Positions 39,043-48,830 of a DNA stretch of 64,000 bases are shown one piece after another. Each line of letters starts with the position of its first letter. Within the stretch, counting starts at the first letter, position 1. Origin of the DNA: an uncultured Candidatus Saccharibacteria bacterium (GTDB lineage: Bacteria > Patescibacteriota > Doudnabacteria > UBA920); the NCBI GenBank assembly GCA_964505635.1, contig CAZDIP010000002.1:37736-101735 (forward strand), given 5' to 3'. Under the pieces are notes generated by a model. That model had not been told where the DNA came from. It saw only the letters and a program-made list of their open reading frames with translations, and did not search any database. Made by a program: the position numbers and the translations under genes.

Positions 39043-40125
39043 ATGTCCTTCAAAATCGGCATTGTCGGTCTGCCTAATGTAGGCAAAAGTACCCTCTTTA
39101 ACGCCATTACCAAAAGCAAAGTAGAAGCAGCCAATTACCCGTTTGCAACCATAGACCCAAACGTGGGCGTGGTTGCTGTGCCTGACGAAAGACTAGCTAA
39201 ATTAGCTGAGTTAGAAAAGTCGGAAAAAGTCGTGCCTACCACAATTGAATTCGTAGACATAGCAGGCTTGGTTAAAGGCGCCTCAACTGGCGAGGGTTTG
39301 GGTAATAAATTCCTTTCCCATATACGCGAAGTGGACGCTATAATGGAAGTAGTGCGGTTTTTTGAAAACAAGGACATTATTCATGTAAACGGCAACGTAG
39401 ACCCAAAAAGGGATATGGAAACCATTGGCATAGAACTTCAGCTTGCAGATTTGCAGAACGTTGATAACCGCCTTTCATCTATTTCCCGCCAAGCCAAAGC
39501 CGGCGAAAGGGACGCGGTTATAAAAAAACAGGTTTTAGAAAAATACAAAGCTGCTTTGGAAAAAGGCGAAATGGCTAATACGGTTATATTAACCGATGAA
39601 GAAAAAGAACACAGCAAAGACATTCAGCTTTTAACCACCAAACCGTTTTTATTTGTGGCCAACAGCGAATACGATATGGCAAATAAGTCATACAAGACCG
39701 ACGCGTCATATAAGTCCTATTTGCTCGACGCAATTTTAATAGATGCGCAAATAGAAAGCGAACTGGCTGAACTTAGTGATACTGATCGCGAGGAATATTT
39801 AAAAGAGCTCGGCCTGCCGGAGTCAGGCTTAGACAAAATTATAAAAACCGCATACAAAACTTTAGGCCTTATAACCTTTATAACCGCCGGGCCAAAAGAA
39901 AGCAAAGCCTGGACATGCACAAAGGGAAGCAAAGCTCCCCAGGCAGCAGGAAAAATACACACTGATTTTGAAAAAGGTTTTATACGCGCGGAAGTTATAC
40001 AATGGAATAAGCTTTTGGAAGCAAATGGCTACGGCGGAGCCAGGGCAAAAGGCTGGCTCAGGACTGAAGGCAAGGAGTATGCGGTACAAGATGGGGACGT
40101 GGTGCACTTTTTGTTTACCCCGTAG
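39043..40125 (+). CDS. ychF: Redox-regulated ATPase YchF
   Basis: GLPNVGKST, ANYPFATIDPN, DIAGLV, IHTDFEKGFIRAE. Confidence 0.98.
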   Translation: MSFKIGIVGLPNVGKSTLFNAITKSKVEAANYPFATIDPNVGVVAVPDERLAKLAELEKSEKVVPTTIEFVDIAGLVKGASTGEGLGNKFLSHIREVDAIMEVVRFFENKDIIHVNGNVDPKRDMETIGIELQLADLQNVDNRLSSISRQAKAGERDAVIKKQVLEKYKAALEKGEMANTVILTDEEKEHSKDIQLLTTKPFLFVANSEYDMANKSYKTDASYKSYLLDAILIDAQIESELAELSDTDREEYLKELGLPESGLDKIIKTAYKTLGLITFITAGPKESKAWTCTKGSKAPQAAGKIHTDFEKGFIRAEVIQWNKLLEANGYGGARAKGWLRTEGKEYAVQDGDVVHFLFTP

Positions 40126-40169
40126 ATTTATTGTACGGGGTTTAATGTATAACTGACCAAAAAACACGC

Positions 40170-40204
40170 GATCCCCCAAAGTTCATTCTGAACTTTGGGG
40201 GATC
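40170..40204. terminator. Hairpin between convergent genes
   Basis: gatcccccaaagttca...tgaactttgggggatc perfect IR. Confidence 0.7.
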
Positions 40205-40220
40205 TCTGCTATTGGCTAAC

Positions 40221-40652
40221 TCACTTCCTGGGAGACGTTGGCGGTGCGGCCTTCTTCGCCTCCACCTGAGTTTGCTGATGGTACTCACTGTACCAAATCA
40301 GCCCAGCGCAGGCCAATAAAAGCGTAGAAGACAGCGCGATGCTCAAAACCGAAACAGGAAGCAACCCACCGGCGTCGCCACCCACATACTTGCTTTGAGT
40401 CTGTAGACACTGAGAGACAACAAACGAGCAGCCCCCAGTAACGCAAAGCAGAATCAACGAGTGTTCCATGTCGGTGCCGTAAAGCACCAGGCTCCATACA
40501 AAGGGACCAAAACACAACACAACACCGACCGCGCCCCTTATTAAATCTTTGCCAGGATCGTTCTTCCGAAGACCGTTTTGAAAAAACAGCCAGCCCGCAA
40601 GAAGCCCGCAAAAAACAACAGCGAGCGAAAGCAAGCCAAGATTAGTTGGCAT
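40221..40652 (-). CDS. Orphan 4-TM membrane protein
   Basis: AAGGAG SD, TTGACT-N17-TATAAT promoter, hydrophobic segments. Confidence 0.6.
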   Translation of the reverse strand: MPTNLGLLSLAVVFCGLLAGWLFFQNGLRKNDPGKDLIRGAVGVVLCFGPFVWSLVLYGTDMEHSLILLCVTGGCSFVVSQCLQTQSKYVGGDAGGLLPVSVLSIALSSTLLLACAGLIWYSEYHQQTQVEAKKAAPPTSPRK

Positions 40653-40895
40653 AATCTCTCCTTCTCGTTTTACTCCACCAAAAATCTAACCCCGTCACCA
40701 AACGGGGCCAAAACTACTAAGAAAGATTTTACTTTATTTCAATAAAACTGTCTATGGTTAGACAGATATTATAGCATATTTTTATAAAAAAGTCAATAGA
40801 CAATTAGCCTTCATTTTTGCTATAATTTAGTAACAAATTAATCAATATCATATTCCCTACTCCTTTTGTGAATAGGGATAGAAAGGAATCTTTCT

Positions 40896-41402
40896 ATGCC
40901 GCGATATGAGCTTATGTACCTGTTAGGCTCGCAAGTAGCCGACACAGACGTACCAGCCATTACTGCCCAAGTCTTAAAATTCGTAGAAGACTTTGGCGGT
41001 ACGGACGTAGTAGAAGAACAGTTAGGCAAAAAAAAGTTAGCCTACCCCATAAAAAAAACCCGCAACGGCCATTATGTTGTGGTGGCTTTTACCATGGATG
41101 GGCAAAAAGTTAACCAGTTAGACGCCCGCATCCGAGCCCAGGATCAGAGCATCATCCGTTATTTACTGGTCAATTTAGACGAACACTTGGCAAAAAAGGC
41201 CAAAGACGAAGCTTTGGCTGCCAAAAACCCCAGGCGCCAGCCAGAAGAAGACGCGCCCGCAAAAACCGCTGTTTTGGAAAAGGAAGAAAAGCCCGTAAAA
41301 ATAGAAAAGAAAGAAAAAGCCGCGCCTAAATTAGTGGAACTGGACGAAAAGGCTTTAGATGAAAAAATTGAAGCCGCTTTGTCCGAAGATTTAACAAAAT
41401 AG
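40896..41402 (+). CDS. rpsF: 30S ribosomal protein S6 with C-terminal extension
   Basis: YELMY, G.KKLAYPI.K...G.Y, IIRYL. Confidence 0.95.
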   Translation: MPRYELMYLLGSQVADTDVPAITAQVLKFVEDFGGTDVVEEQLGKKKLAYPIKKTRNGHYVVVAFTMDGQKVNQLDARIRAQDQSIIRYLLVNLDEHLAKKAKDEALAAKNPRRQPEEDAPAKTAVLEKEEKPVKIEKKEKAAPKLVELDEKALDEKIEAALSEDLTK

Positions 41403-41486
41403 TGCCTAGTGAACAGTGTACAGTGACTAGGCACTGACCACTGACCACTAATCACTGTTTAAAATTTAACATTAAATTTTAAACTT

Positions 41487-41981
41487 ATGGACTTAAATAA
41501 AGTCATGATAATAGGCCGCCTAACCCGCGACCCGGAATTAAGAACCACCCCTTCGGGCGCCAATGTCTGCACTTTGGGCATAGCCACCAACTATGTTTAT
41601 ACCAACCAGCAAACCGGACAAAAAGTTGAACAGGTGGAATACCACAACGTAGTACTATGGAGAAAACTGGCCGATATTGCCCACCAGTACATGAAAAAAG
41701 GCCGCCGGGTTTATATAGAAGGTCGCTTGCAAACCCGCTCCTGGGACGGACAGGACGGCCAAAAAAAGAGCCGCACGGAAATTATTGCCGACAATATGAT
41801 CATGCTAGACAGCGGCCAGGCCGGAGGCCAAAACAGCGGCTATAACAGCCCTTACCAAAAGCCTTCAAACAACCAAGCGCCTAAAAACGAAACCGCGGTT
41901 GAATCCCCCGCCCGGCAAGCCGAAGAACTGCCTACTATTGTACAGGGCGAGGACATTAACGTGGAAGATATTCCATTTTAA
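41487..41981 (+). CDS. ssb: Single-stranded DNA-binding protein
   Basis: LNKV.IIGRLTRDPELR, EGRLQTRSW, C-terminal DIPF. Confidence 0.98.
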   Translation: MDLNKVMIIGRLTRDPELRTTPSGANVCTLGIATNYVYTNQQTGQKVEQVEYHNVVLWRKLADIAHQYMKKGRRVYIEGRLQTRSWDGQDGQKKSRTEIIADNMIMLDSGQAGGQNSGYNSPYQKPSNNQAPKNETAVESPARQAEELPTIVQGEDINVEDIPF

Positions 41982-42029
41982 TTAACTGAGTTAAATAAAT
42001 TAATTTTACAAACACCTATCAACCACATT

Positions 42030-42266
42030 ATGAGACCTAATAACCGAGATACCCAACCGGCGCAAAAAAAACAATGCTATTTTTGCTCCAATAAACTAAC
42101 CACGGTAGATTACAAAGACACACAAATGCTGCGCCGCTTTATGTCACCGCATGCCAAAATTATGAACCGCGGGCGCACCGGCACCTGCCCCAAACACCAG
42201 CGCGTGGTAGCCACGGCATTAAAGCGCGCACGCCATATGGCGCTTTTGCCTTTCGTCGCGGCATAG
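42030..42266 (+). CDS. rpsR: 30S ribosomal protein S18 (Zn-binding C+ form)
   Basis: CYFC, DYKD, TG.C.KHQR....A.KRAR..ALLPF. Confidence 0.97.
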   Translation: MRPNNRDTQPAQKKQCYFCSNKLTTVDYKDTQMLRRFMSPHAKIMNRGRTGTCPKHQRVVATALKRARHMALLPFVAA

Positions 42267-42361
42267 CCTAAGACTGAAAGGCAAAATAAACCAATAACTG
42301 ATAATTTATAACTCATGACAGTTATCAGTTATTTATTATTAGTTATTAGTTAAATACTACT

Positions 42362-42922
42362 ATGGATTTAAACGATTTAAAAATTGGTACTATTATTCTC
42401 TGGGAAAACCAGCCTGTGCAGGTAATCTGGTCTAACCGCATGCGCACCGCGCAAAGAAAACCGGTGATGCAAACCAAATTGCGCAATGTAATAACCGGCA
42501 AAGTCTATGAATATTCTTTTAAGTTTGGCGAAAGCATTAAAGAAGCAGACGTTGTTCGAGAAAAAGCCGGATTTTTGTATGCCGACGAGAGCGGAACCCA
42601 TTTTATGAATCAGGAAAACTTTGAAACCGTAGATATTGCCAAAGAAGTTACCAAGGAGCAGGAAAAATTTTTGAAGGAAGGCATGGAAGTCAGTATTTTA
42701 AAATTCAACGGCCAGCCTGTATCCATAGAACTGCCAATAAAAGTTGAGCTTAAAGTAACCGAAGCTCCGCCGGATACCAAAGGCAATAGCGGAGGCAACG
42801 TAACCAAACCGGTTACTTTGGAAACCGGGCTTGTGGTAGACGCTCCCATGTTTATAAAAGAAGGCGATGTCTTACGGGTAGACACCCGCACCGGAGAATA
42901 CGTAGAACGCGCCGCTCAATAA
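42362..42922 (+). CDS. efp: Elongation factor P
   Basis: TKLRN..TG, FM..E.FE, KP.TLETG..V..P.FI.EGD...VDTRTGEYVERA. Confidence 0.95.
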   Translation: MDLNDLKIGTIILWENQPVQVIWSNRMRTAQRKPVMQTKLRNVITGKVYEYSFKFGESIKEADVVREKAGFLYADESGTHFMNQENFETVDIAKEVTKEQEKFLKEGMEVSILKFNGQPVSIELPIKVELKVTEAPPDTKGNSGGNVTKPVTLETGLVVDAPMFIKEGDVLRVDTRTGEYVERAAQ

Positions 42923-42936
42923 TCTTTCTGGACAAT

Positions 42937-42974
42937 TTAAAAGCCCTCCCGCCTTAAGGCGGGAGGGCTTTTAA
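42937..42974. terminator. Bidirectional terminator
   Basis: ttaaaagccctcccgccttaaggcgggagggcttttaa perfect palindrome. Confidence 0.8.
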
Positions 42975-42985
42975 TATGCTTAAAC

Positions 42986-45334
42986 TTACCTTAAACGAGG
43001 ATCGTTGTATTCCATAACGGACAGAATAGGTCTTTGGAAATCATAAATATTAGCCGGAACAATATTCCCGCTCTCTCCGCCGTTGTTAACAAACACTTCC
43101 CAGGAAGAAATGGGTATTAAACCCAGTTCATGAGCAAAATAAATGGTGTTGCCGCTTTTTAACCAACTGCCCCAAGGATGAGCAATTTTAGTTGAATTAA
43201 CCACATAGCCACTGTCTACCAAACCGGTATCATAAACGCTTGCTACGTTGGAGGATTTATAGCCAAGCCCCCAAAACACGCTCATGTTCTTAAAGCCGGA
43301 TTTGGTATTTTTATAAACTATGTAAATAGTGGCGCCTTCCTTAATTAATTTGCCGTTTTTATAGGTTGTCTGGCCCAGCACGCCGCTTCCGTAAATGACA
43401 AAACTGGAAATAGCAGAGCGGCCGAAATTGTCATAAGCCCTGACGGAAAAAGTTGAAGTATTCGCGGACTGAGGAGTGCCGTAAAGCTGGCCTTGCGGAC
43501 TTAAATTAATGCCCAAAGGCAGCTGCCCTGACACAAGCTGAAAACTGTACGGAGGATTACCGCCGTAAACAGAAAGCTGGTGGTTGTAATATTGGCCTAT
43601 TGTCATAGCCGGCAAAGAAGCCGTGGAAAAAGTAAGGCTGCCGTTATAATTAGTGCCTGATCCGACGCTAACGTAAATAGTCCCACACAAATTTTGATAA
43701 TTCTGGCAAATAGTCAAATTTCCGCTGCCCGAAGACAATCCGTAAATATTAACGCTATTGCCGCTAATGCTGGCGGAAAAAGCATTTTGGTTGCTGCCCG
43801 AAGAAACATAATAATTGCCGCTGCCATATATATTAATGCTTACATTTTGACCCTGTTGAAGGCTTACATTATTCTGGCTAAAACTTAAATTGCCCCCATA
43901 AGAGTTGCCGTAAACTACGGCAGTTAAGTTTCCACAGACCGAGCTGTTGCCGGACTGGCAGACCGTTATGTTAGCCGTACCTGAACTCTTGGCAGTTAAG
44001 GTCATTTGATTGCCGGAGACCGAAGTACTCACCGCAAAGGTGTTGCTGTTGGAAGAAACATAATAATTGCCGTTGTAAGCGTTGGAAGAATAAATGCTTA
44101 AAGTCATGGTTTGACCTGAATATAAGGTAATGCTGCTTGGACTAAACCACACGCTGCCGCTACCAGAACCGCTGACTGTGACATAAACGCTGGCGCAGCC
44201 GCTGTTATTGTTCTGACAGACGGAAATAGTGCTGTTACCATAATTTTGGGCGGTTAGATACAAACTACTCCCGCTTATGCTGGCTGCCACGGCGTTGGAA
44301 TTAGAGTTGCTGGAAATATAATAACCACCCAAGGAAGCGTTGCTGCTGTAAATGCTTAAAGTGGAGTTTTGCCCGTAACCCAATGAAAGAGTGGTTTGAC
44401 TTAAAGACACATTGCCATAATTGCCGCTACCGCTGACTGTCACATACAAACTGCCGCAAAAACCTAAAGAAGAATGGCAAACGCTAATAGTAGCATTGCC
44501 GTTTTGGTTGGCATAAAGATTAAGTACGCTCCCGCTTATGCTGGCGGACACCGCGTTTGAGTTGCTGTTGCTGGAAATATAATAATAATTGCTGGTGTAA
44601 GAACTTACTGTGGCGCTGCTGTTTATAGATACAGCCAAACTTTGCCCGACATAAAGGCTTGGATTTTGCGGACTGAACCACACATTACCATAATTACTGC
44701 CTCCGCTAACCGTGACATACAAATTACCGCAGGTTCCGGAATTATTTTGACAAACGCTTAAAGTGCTGGAGCCTGAGCTTAAACCATAAAGATTAATGCT
44801 GCTGCCGCTTATGCTGGCGGAAACCACGCTGGAATTGGAGTTACTGGAAATATAATATGTGCCGTAATAAAAGTAAGGCTGATTTATGGTAACCGACAAA
44901 TTTTGGCCTACATTTAAACTGGGGTTTTGCGGACTAAACGTAATACCACCCACGCAACCATAGCCGGAATTACAACCGCCGCTGCCGTACAGGTAAGCGG
45001 TATTGGAAGAAACATTATTTACCTGAGCATAAAATTCGCTTAAGCCCGTACCCAAATATGTGCTTATATTCAAATAGCCGTTTTGGTCTGTCTGGCCGAT
45101 TGGGTCTACTACCGTTGACCAAATGCTGGAATTAGTCGACCTGGCATACAAAACAACCCTGGCATAAGAATCGGCATTGCTGACATTCACCCTAAAAGTG
45201 CCGTCATAACCTTCCTGGCTAACGGAAAGGCTGGGAGTCCTTCCGTAATAATACTGCGCGGCAGCAAAAGGAGCCGCTGTGGTTACCGCTGTCGCCAAAA
45301 CAGCCAAAAGTAAGCCAATTTTTATTAATTTCAT
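42986..45334 (-). CDS. Secreted Ser/Gly/Asn/Tyr-rich repeat surface protein (five ~85-aa Ig-like repeats plus a putative Ig/He_PIG domain)
   Basis: Signal peptide; repeats ..FS.....L..GQ.....I....Y(I/V)SSNSN...VSASISG..L.L.....G...I.VC......C..LYVTV; GG.PPY.F....G.LP.G..L...G...GTP. Confidence 0.8.
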   Translation of the reverse strand: MKLIKIGLLLAVLATAVTTAAPFAAAQYYYGRTPSLSVSQEGYDGTFRVNVSNADSYARVVLYARSTNSSIWSTVVDPIGQTDQNGYLNISTYLGTGLSEFYAQVNNVSSNTAYLYGSGGCNSGYGCVGGITFSPQNPSLNVGQNLSVTINQPYFYYGTYYISSNSNSSVVSASISGSSINLYGLSSGSSTLSVCQNNSGTCGNLYVTVSGGSNYGNVWFSPQNPSLYVGQSLAVSINSSATVSSYTSNYYYISSNSNSNAVSASISGSVLNLYANQNGNATISVCHSSLGFCGSLYVTVSGSGNYGNVSLSQTTLSLGYGQNSTLSIYSSNASLGGYYISSNSNSNAVAASISGSSLYLTAQNYGNSTISVCQNNNSGCASVYVTVSGSGSGSVWFSPSSITLYSGQTMTLSIYSSNAYNGNYYVSSNSNTFAVSTSVSGNQMTLTAKSSGTANITVCQSGNSSVCGNLTAVVYGNSYGGNLSFSQNNVSLQQGQNVSINIYGSGNYYVSSGSNQNAFSASISGNSVNIYGLSSGSGNLTICQNYQNLCGTIYVSVGSGTNYNGSLTFSTASLPAMTIGQYYNHQLSVYGGNPPYSFQLVSGQLPLGINLSPQGQLYGTPQSANTSTFSVRAYDNFGRSAISSFVIYGSGVLGQTTYKNGKLIKEGATIYIVYKNTKSGFKNMSVFWGLGYKSSNVASVYDTGLVDSGYVVNSTKIAHPWGSWLKSGNTIYFAHELGLIPISSWEVFVNNGGESGNIVPANIYDFQRPILSVMEYNDPRLR

Positions 45335-45520
45335 AAGTTTAAATATTTAATTGTTTAGCATTATATTATGGTCTAACTAAAAGCTTTTGTCAACATGGCT
45401 TATTTCCTTTCTTTACAGAAAATTTCAAAGATACTAAAATTAATAAATTGCAATAACTTGCATGCCTCTGCTACGGCAGAGTATCCCTCCCTTCGCGGGA
45501 GTACACCAAGGAGTGACAAG

Positions 45521-46153
45521 ATGGAGTTTACGATCCGTTGTCTGGAAACTCGCGAGAGCGTCAAGATAGATGAGGCCGTGCTCAAACTCGTAACAGTGCT
45601 GGTAGACGAAAAAAAGGTTGATTGCGAGAACCCTCTCCGCCTGACAGCGCATTACGCAAACGGTGGGAACAAGCCTTTCATCGGGTTTGCTTGGGACTAC
45701 CCACAAACCTTCCGTTATAGACAGAAAGGCGCTTGGCCAACACGGTTTCACGCAGCGGTGCCTGTTGCAAAAGGCACAAACGCTATAGATCTGATGCTGC
45801 TTGTTTATTACAGGCTCTCTGCAATGCTCGTCATGCACGGAATCCATTTCAGCTACAGGTACGACACCTGCTGGTGGTTCCGGGTCGACACGTCTGGTTT
45901 TTCTCGCAATGTTCTACTTGCGCCGATTGAAGAACTCGAGCTCCGAGAAGAGACTCTGGCCGCCGTCAAAGAAAAATTCCTTGTTACAACTGCAAGGGAT
46001 CTAGCTATGGTAACCCAAATCGAGCTTGAAGTGGCCGGTCTCACCGAGACTGCCCTGAAAAACCTGCAATATGCGCTTGGTCAGGTGGGGCTTTGGTTGG
46101 GTATGACCCAATGGCAGCTTGATCACTTCATTCCACCCGAGCGCTTTAGCTAG
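45521..46153 (+). CDS. Orphan protein with C-terminal RNA polymerase alpha-CTD-like domain
   Basis: AAGGAG SD before ATG 45521; LLAPIEELEL...TARDL...ELE..GL....L..L..AL...GLWLGM. Confidence 0.6.
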   Translation: MEFTIRCLETRESVKIDEAVLKLVTVLVDEKKVDCENPLRLTAHYANGGNKPFIGFAWDYPQTFRYRQKGAWPTRFHAAVPVAKGTNAIDLMLLVYYRLSAMLVMHGIHFSYRYDTCWWFRVDTSGFSRNVLLAPIEELELREETLAAVKEKFLVTTARDLAMVTQIELEVAGLTETALKNLQYALGQVGLWLGMTQWQLDHFIPPERFS

Positions 46154-46183
46154 TAAGTAAAACAAATCCTAAACTTTTTAGGT

Positions 46184-46219
46184 CAGTCTGGAGACGAAAG
46201 TGCTCCAGACTGTTTTTTT
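46184..46219 (+). terminator. Intrinsic terminator
   Basis: cagtctggag...ctccagactg followed by a T-run. Confidence 0.75.
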
Positions 46220-46257
46220 ATATTTGATTTTATTTTAATGCACTAAATTAGTTAGAC

Positions 46258-46761
46258 TTATTCTTTATACCTGCCAATACATTCCACTGCCTTAAATCCT
46301 TCACCAATTAAAACTTCAGTGCTAAAACTCTGCTCCCATGTTGACTGTCCAACAGCCCAAATTCCCGGCACCGAAGTTTTCTGTTCAAAATCTACTTTAA
46401 TTTTTCCGTTAGATTTTTTCTGAATCAGTTTGTCAAAATCTAAATCTTCACCGTTAGTCGCGATTAAAATGGTTTTCCCATAATAAAACTTTCCGCTCTT
46501 TGTTTCCGCGCTAAAACTGACAATATTTTTTTCTAAATTAATCACCTCGGCTTTTTCAAACTCCACGAGACGCTGTTTTATTATTTGCTGAAATTGTTCT
46601 GCTAATTTGTGCAGGTCAACAAATCCAAAGGTAGATTTTTGGATCGATGGCGTTTGGGGTAGTTCTTTAGCGATTACTAAAGTATTTAATTTTTTCTGCG
46701 CCGCGGCCACCGCTGCCCCCATCCCCGCTGCTGTGGCGCCGATTATAATTACATCGTACAT
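46258..46761 (-). CDS. Short FAD-dependent oxidoreductase (TrxB-like N- and C-termini, internally deleted)
   Basis: YDVIIIG..AAG..AA, ILIAT, G.IKVD....TSVPGIWAVG; only 167 aa. Confidence 0.65.
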   Translation of the reverse strand: MYDVIIIGATAAGMGAAVAAAQKKLNTLVIAKELPQTPSIQKSTFGFVDLHKLAEQFQQIIKQRLVEFEKAEVINLEKNIVSFSAETKSGKFYYGKTILIATNGEDLDFDKLIQKKSNGKIKVDFEQKTSVPGIWAVGQSTWEQSFSTEVLIGEGFKAVECIGRYKE

Positions 46762-46870
46762 AAAAAATGGTATTACGAATTAAGTATATAAGACATTAAA
46801 AAATAAAAAAAGCCTCTTGACCAAAAGGTTTTTGAGTCGTATTATACCTCAATCTTAAAAGGAGGCTGAT

Positions 46871-47545
46871 ATGAAAGTCAGCAAGCGGTATTTTTGGCTG
46901 CTGGCGCTTGTGTCAGCAGTCCCCCCCGGCGCCGGCCAGACCCCGGCGCAGCTGGATGTCCGCTTTCGGGACACCCCAAAAGCGGAAAACCAGAAACAAG
47001 AGTTCGTCCGTTTTACCATGCTGCCTGGCGCATGGTTTGTGGATGCAATCCACGTGCGGAACGGAAATGAGTTTTCTGCCCGCTACGCAGCAGGCCCCAG
47101 AGTTGTGAAAACTACAACCTGGGATTTATACCTGGCAGGCAGCGTTTCGCCGGGCGCCAACAAGTCTTTATTTCTCGGGCAAGGCCTACAGGCCTACTGG
47201 GTAAAAAAATCCGGCCGGTTGCCAGTCATGAAGCTGGCAGCCCCGGTTCTGGAATTCTACCAGGACAGGGGCAAAAACCAGCAGGCAAAACTTGGTCTAA
47301 AAGAAAACGAACAGCTGTTCGTTTTTATAACACCAAGGTTTGCCGTCAGCCAGGAGACGTTCATTAACAAGCCCTTTGGGGCTAAAGTGAACGGCTACTA
47401 CGCCCTGGCGGCTAATGCCTGGCCTGACAACAAGTTAATGCTGGAAGCAGGTGCTTTTCGTTCGCTGAAAGGCGAATGGATGCTGCGCGTGCGTCTGGTG
47501 TTCAACTTTTCCCTCGGCCGCAACGCGGCCTCGCTGACCAACTAA
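46871..47545 (+). CDS. Secreted beta-strand-rich orphan protein
   Basis: AAGGAGG SD, signal peptide, amphipathic strands ending ..LRVRLVFNF. Confidence 0.6.
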   Translation: MKVSKRYFWLLALVSAVPPGAGQTPAQLDVRFRDTPKAENQKQEFVRFTMLPGAWFVDAIHVRNGNEFSARYAAGPRVVKTTTWDLYLAGSVSPGANKSLFLGQGLQAYWVKKSGRLPVMKLAAPVLEFYQDRGKNQQAKLGLKENEQLFVFITPRFAVSQETFINKPFGAKVNGYYALAANAWPDNKLMLEAGAFRSLKGEWMLRVRLVFNFSLGRNAASLTN

Positions 47546-47594
47546 AAACCGCTCTCCGCGAAAAGCTGAGGACGGTTTTTGATTTTAAACAAAA

Positions 47595-48818
47595 CTATTT
47601 CATTTTTTTTATAATCCTCTCTGCTGCCAATATGTAAGCCGCGTTTCTAAAAGTAGTGTTGTATTTTTCCTTTTTACCCAACACATCCGCGAAGGCTTGT
47701 TTAATTTGTTTTTCCAGTTTTTCCAAAACTTCTTTTTTCCCCCATTTCTCGTTATTCATATTTTGATACCATTCGTAATAAGAAACGCATACGCCGCCGC
47801 TGTTCGCCAAAATATCCGGAACAACTGTTGTGTTATTTTTTACAAAAATTTCATCTGCCTCAGGCGTGGTTGGACCGTTGGCCATTTCTAAAATCAGTCT
47901 AGCTCTAATATTTTCCGCATTCTTTTCAGTTAATACACTTTCCAAAGCCGCCGGAACCAATATATCCACCGGCAATTCAAGCAAAGATTCATTGCTAACA
48001 TCTTTGCTGCCCAAAAAACCTTTTAAAACACCGGTTGCTTTTTTATGCGCCAAAACTTTTTCAACGTCCAGGCCGCTTTCGTCATATATGCCGCCTTTAG
48101 AGTCGGACAAAGCCGCAATCTTATAGCCTTTTTCAGCAGCCATTTTTGCAAAAAAAGTCGCGACATTGCCAAACCCTTGTATTGCGATACTGCTGCCTGG
48201 TTTAATATCCAGCCTATTAGCCACTTCTTCTAAAACATAAAACCCGCCAAATCCCGTGGCCTCTTCCCTGCCCTCACTGCCGCCTTTATCCACCGGCTTG
48301 CCGGTAAAGACAGCTTCTGACTTTTCATTGCCAGTAATGTTTTTATATTCATCTACCATCCAGTTCATAATTTGACCGTTGGTATTAACATCCGGCGCCG
48401 GCACATCAAAATTAGGCCCTAAAACCGGGTACATTTTTTTTACCCAGCCGCGGGAAAGCTTTTCCAATTCGGCTTCAGACAGTTGTTTAGGATCAACAAT
48501 AATTCCGCCTTTGCCTCCGCCAAAAGGAACATTCACCACCGCGTTTTTAAACGACATCCAAAAGCTTAAAGCGCGCACTTCGTCTAAGCTGACGTCATGG
48601 TGATAGCGTATGCCGCCTTTGTAAGGCCCGCGGGCATTACTGTGCTGGCTGCGGAAGCCGATAAAAACTTTTTGTTCTCCATTGTCCATAACAACCGGAA
48701 TACTAACTTCTATGTATCTATCCGGCTGCATTAGCTGTTGGATTTTTTTCACATCAAGCTCCGCAATTTTTGCCGCAGTTTGTAATTGTCGCTGGGCGTT
48801 TTTAAAAGGATTATTCAT
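47595..48818 (-). CDS. gdhA: Glu/Leu/Phe/Val dehydrogenase (glutamate dehydrogenase)
   Basis: GPYKGGIRY, GGGKGG, PAPDVNT, QGFGNV, E.ANGP, PDILANSGGV.VSYYEW. Confidence 0.92.
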   Translation of the reverse strand: MNNPFKNAQRQLQTAAKIAELDVKKIQQLMQPDRYIEVSIPVVMDNGEQKVFIGFRSQHSNARGPYKGGIRYHHDVSLDEVRALSFWMSFKNAVVNVPFGGGKGGIIVDPKQLSEAELEKLSRGWVKKMYPVLGPNFDVPAPDVNTNGQIMNWMVDEYKNITGNEKSEAVFTGKPVDKGGSEGREEATGFGGFYVLEEVANRLDIKPGSSIAIQGFGNVATFFAKMAAEKGYKIAALSDSKGGIYDESGLDVEKVLAHKKATGVLKGFLGSKDVSNESLLELPVDILVPAALESVLTEKNAENIRARLILEMANGPTTPEADEIFVKNNTTVVPDILANSGGVCVSYYEWYQNMNNEKWGKKEVLEKLEKQIKQAFADVLGKKEKYNTTFRNAAYILAAERIIKKMK

Positions 48819-48830
48819 GCTAAAGATAGT

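Noticed and set aside
40850-40895. S6:S18 autoregulatory leader upstream of rpsF
   Set aside because: A hairpin is present but the conserved CCG-type motif could not be identified with confidence.
42986-45334. Internal DNA repeats as a diversity-generating or CRISPR-like array
   Set aside because: Explained by tandem in-frame protein domain repeats; no adenine-specific variation pattern or reverse transcriptase was seen.
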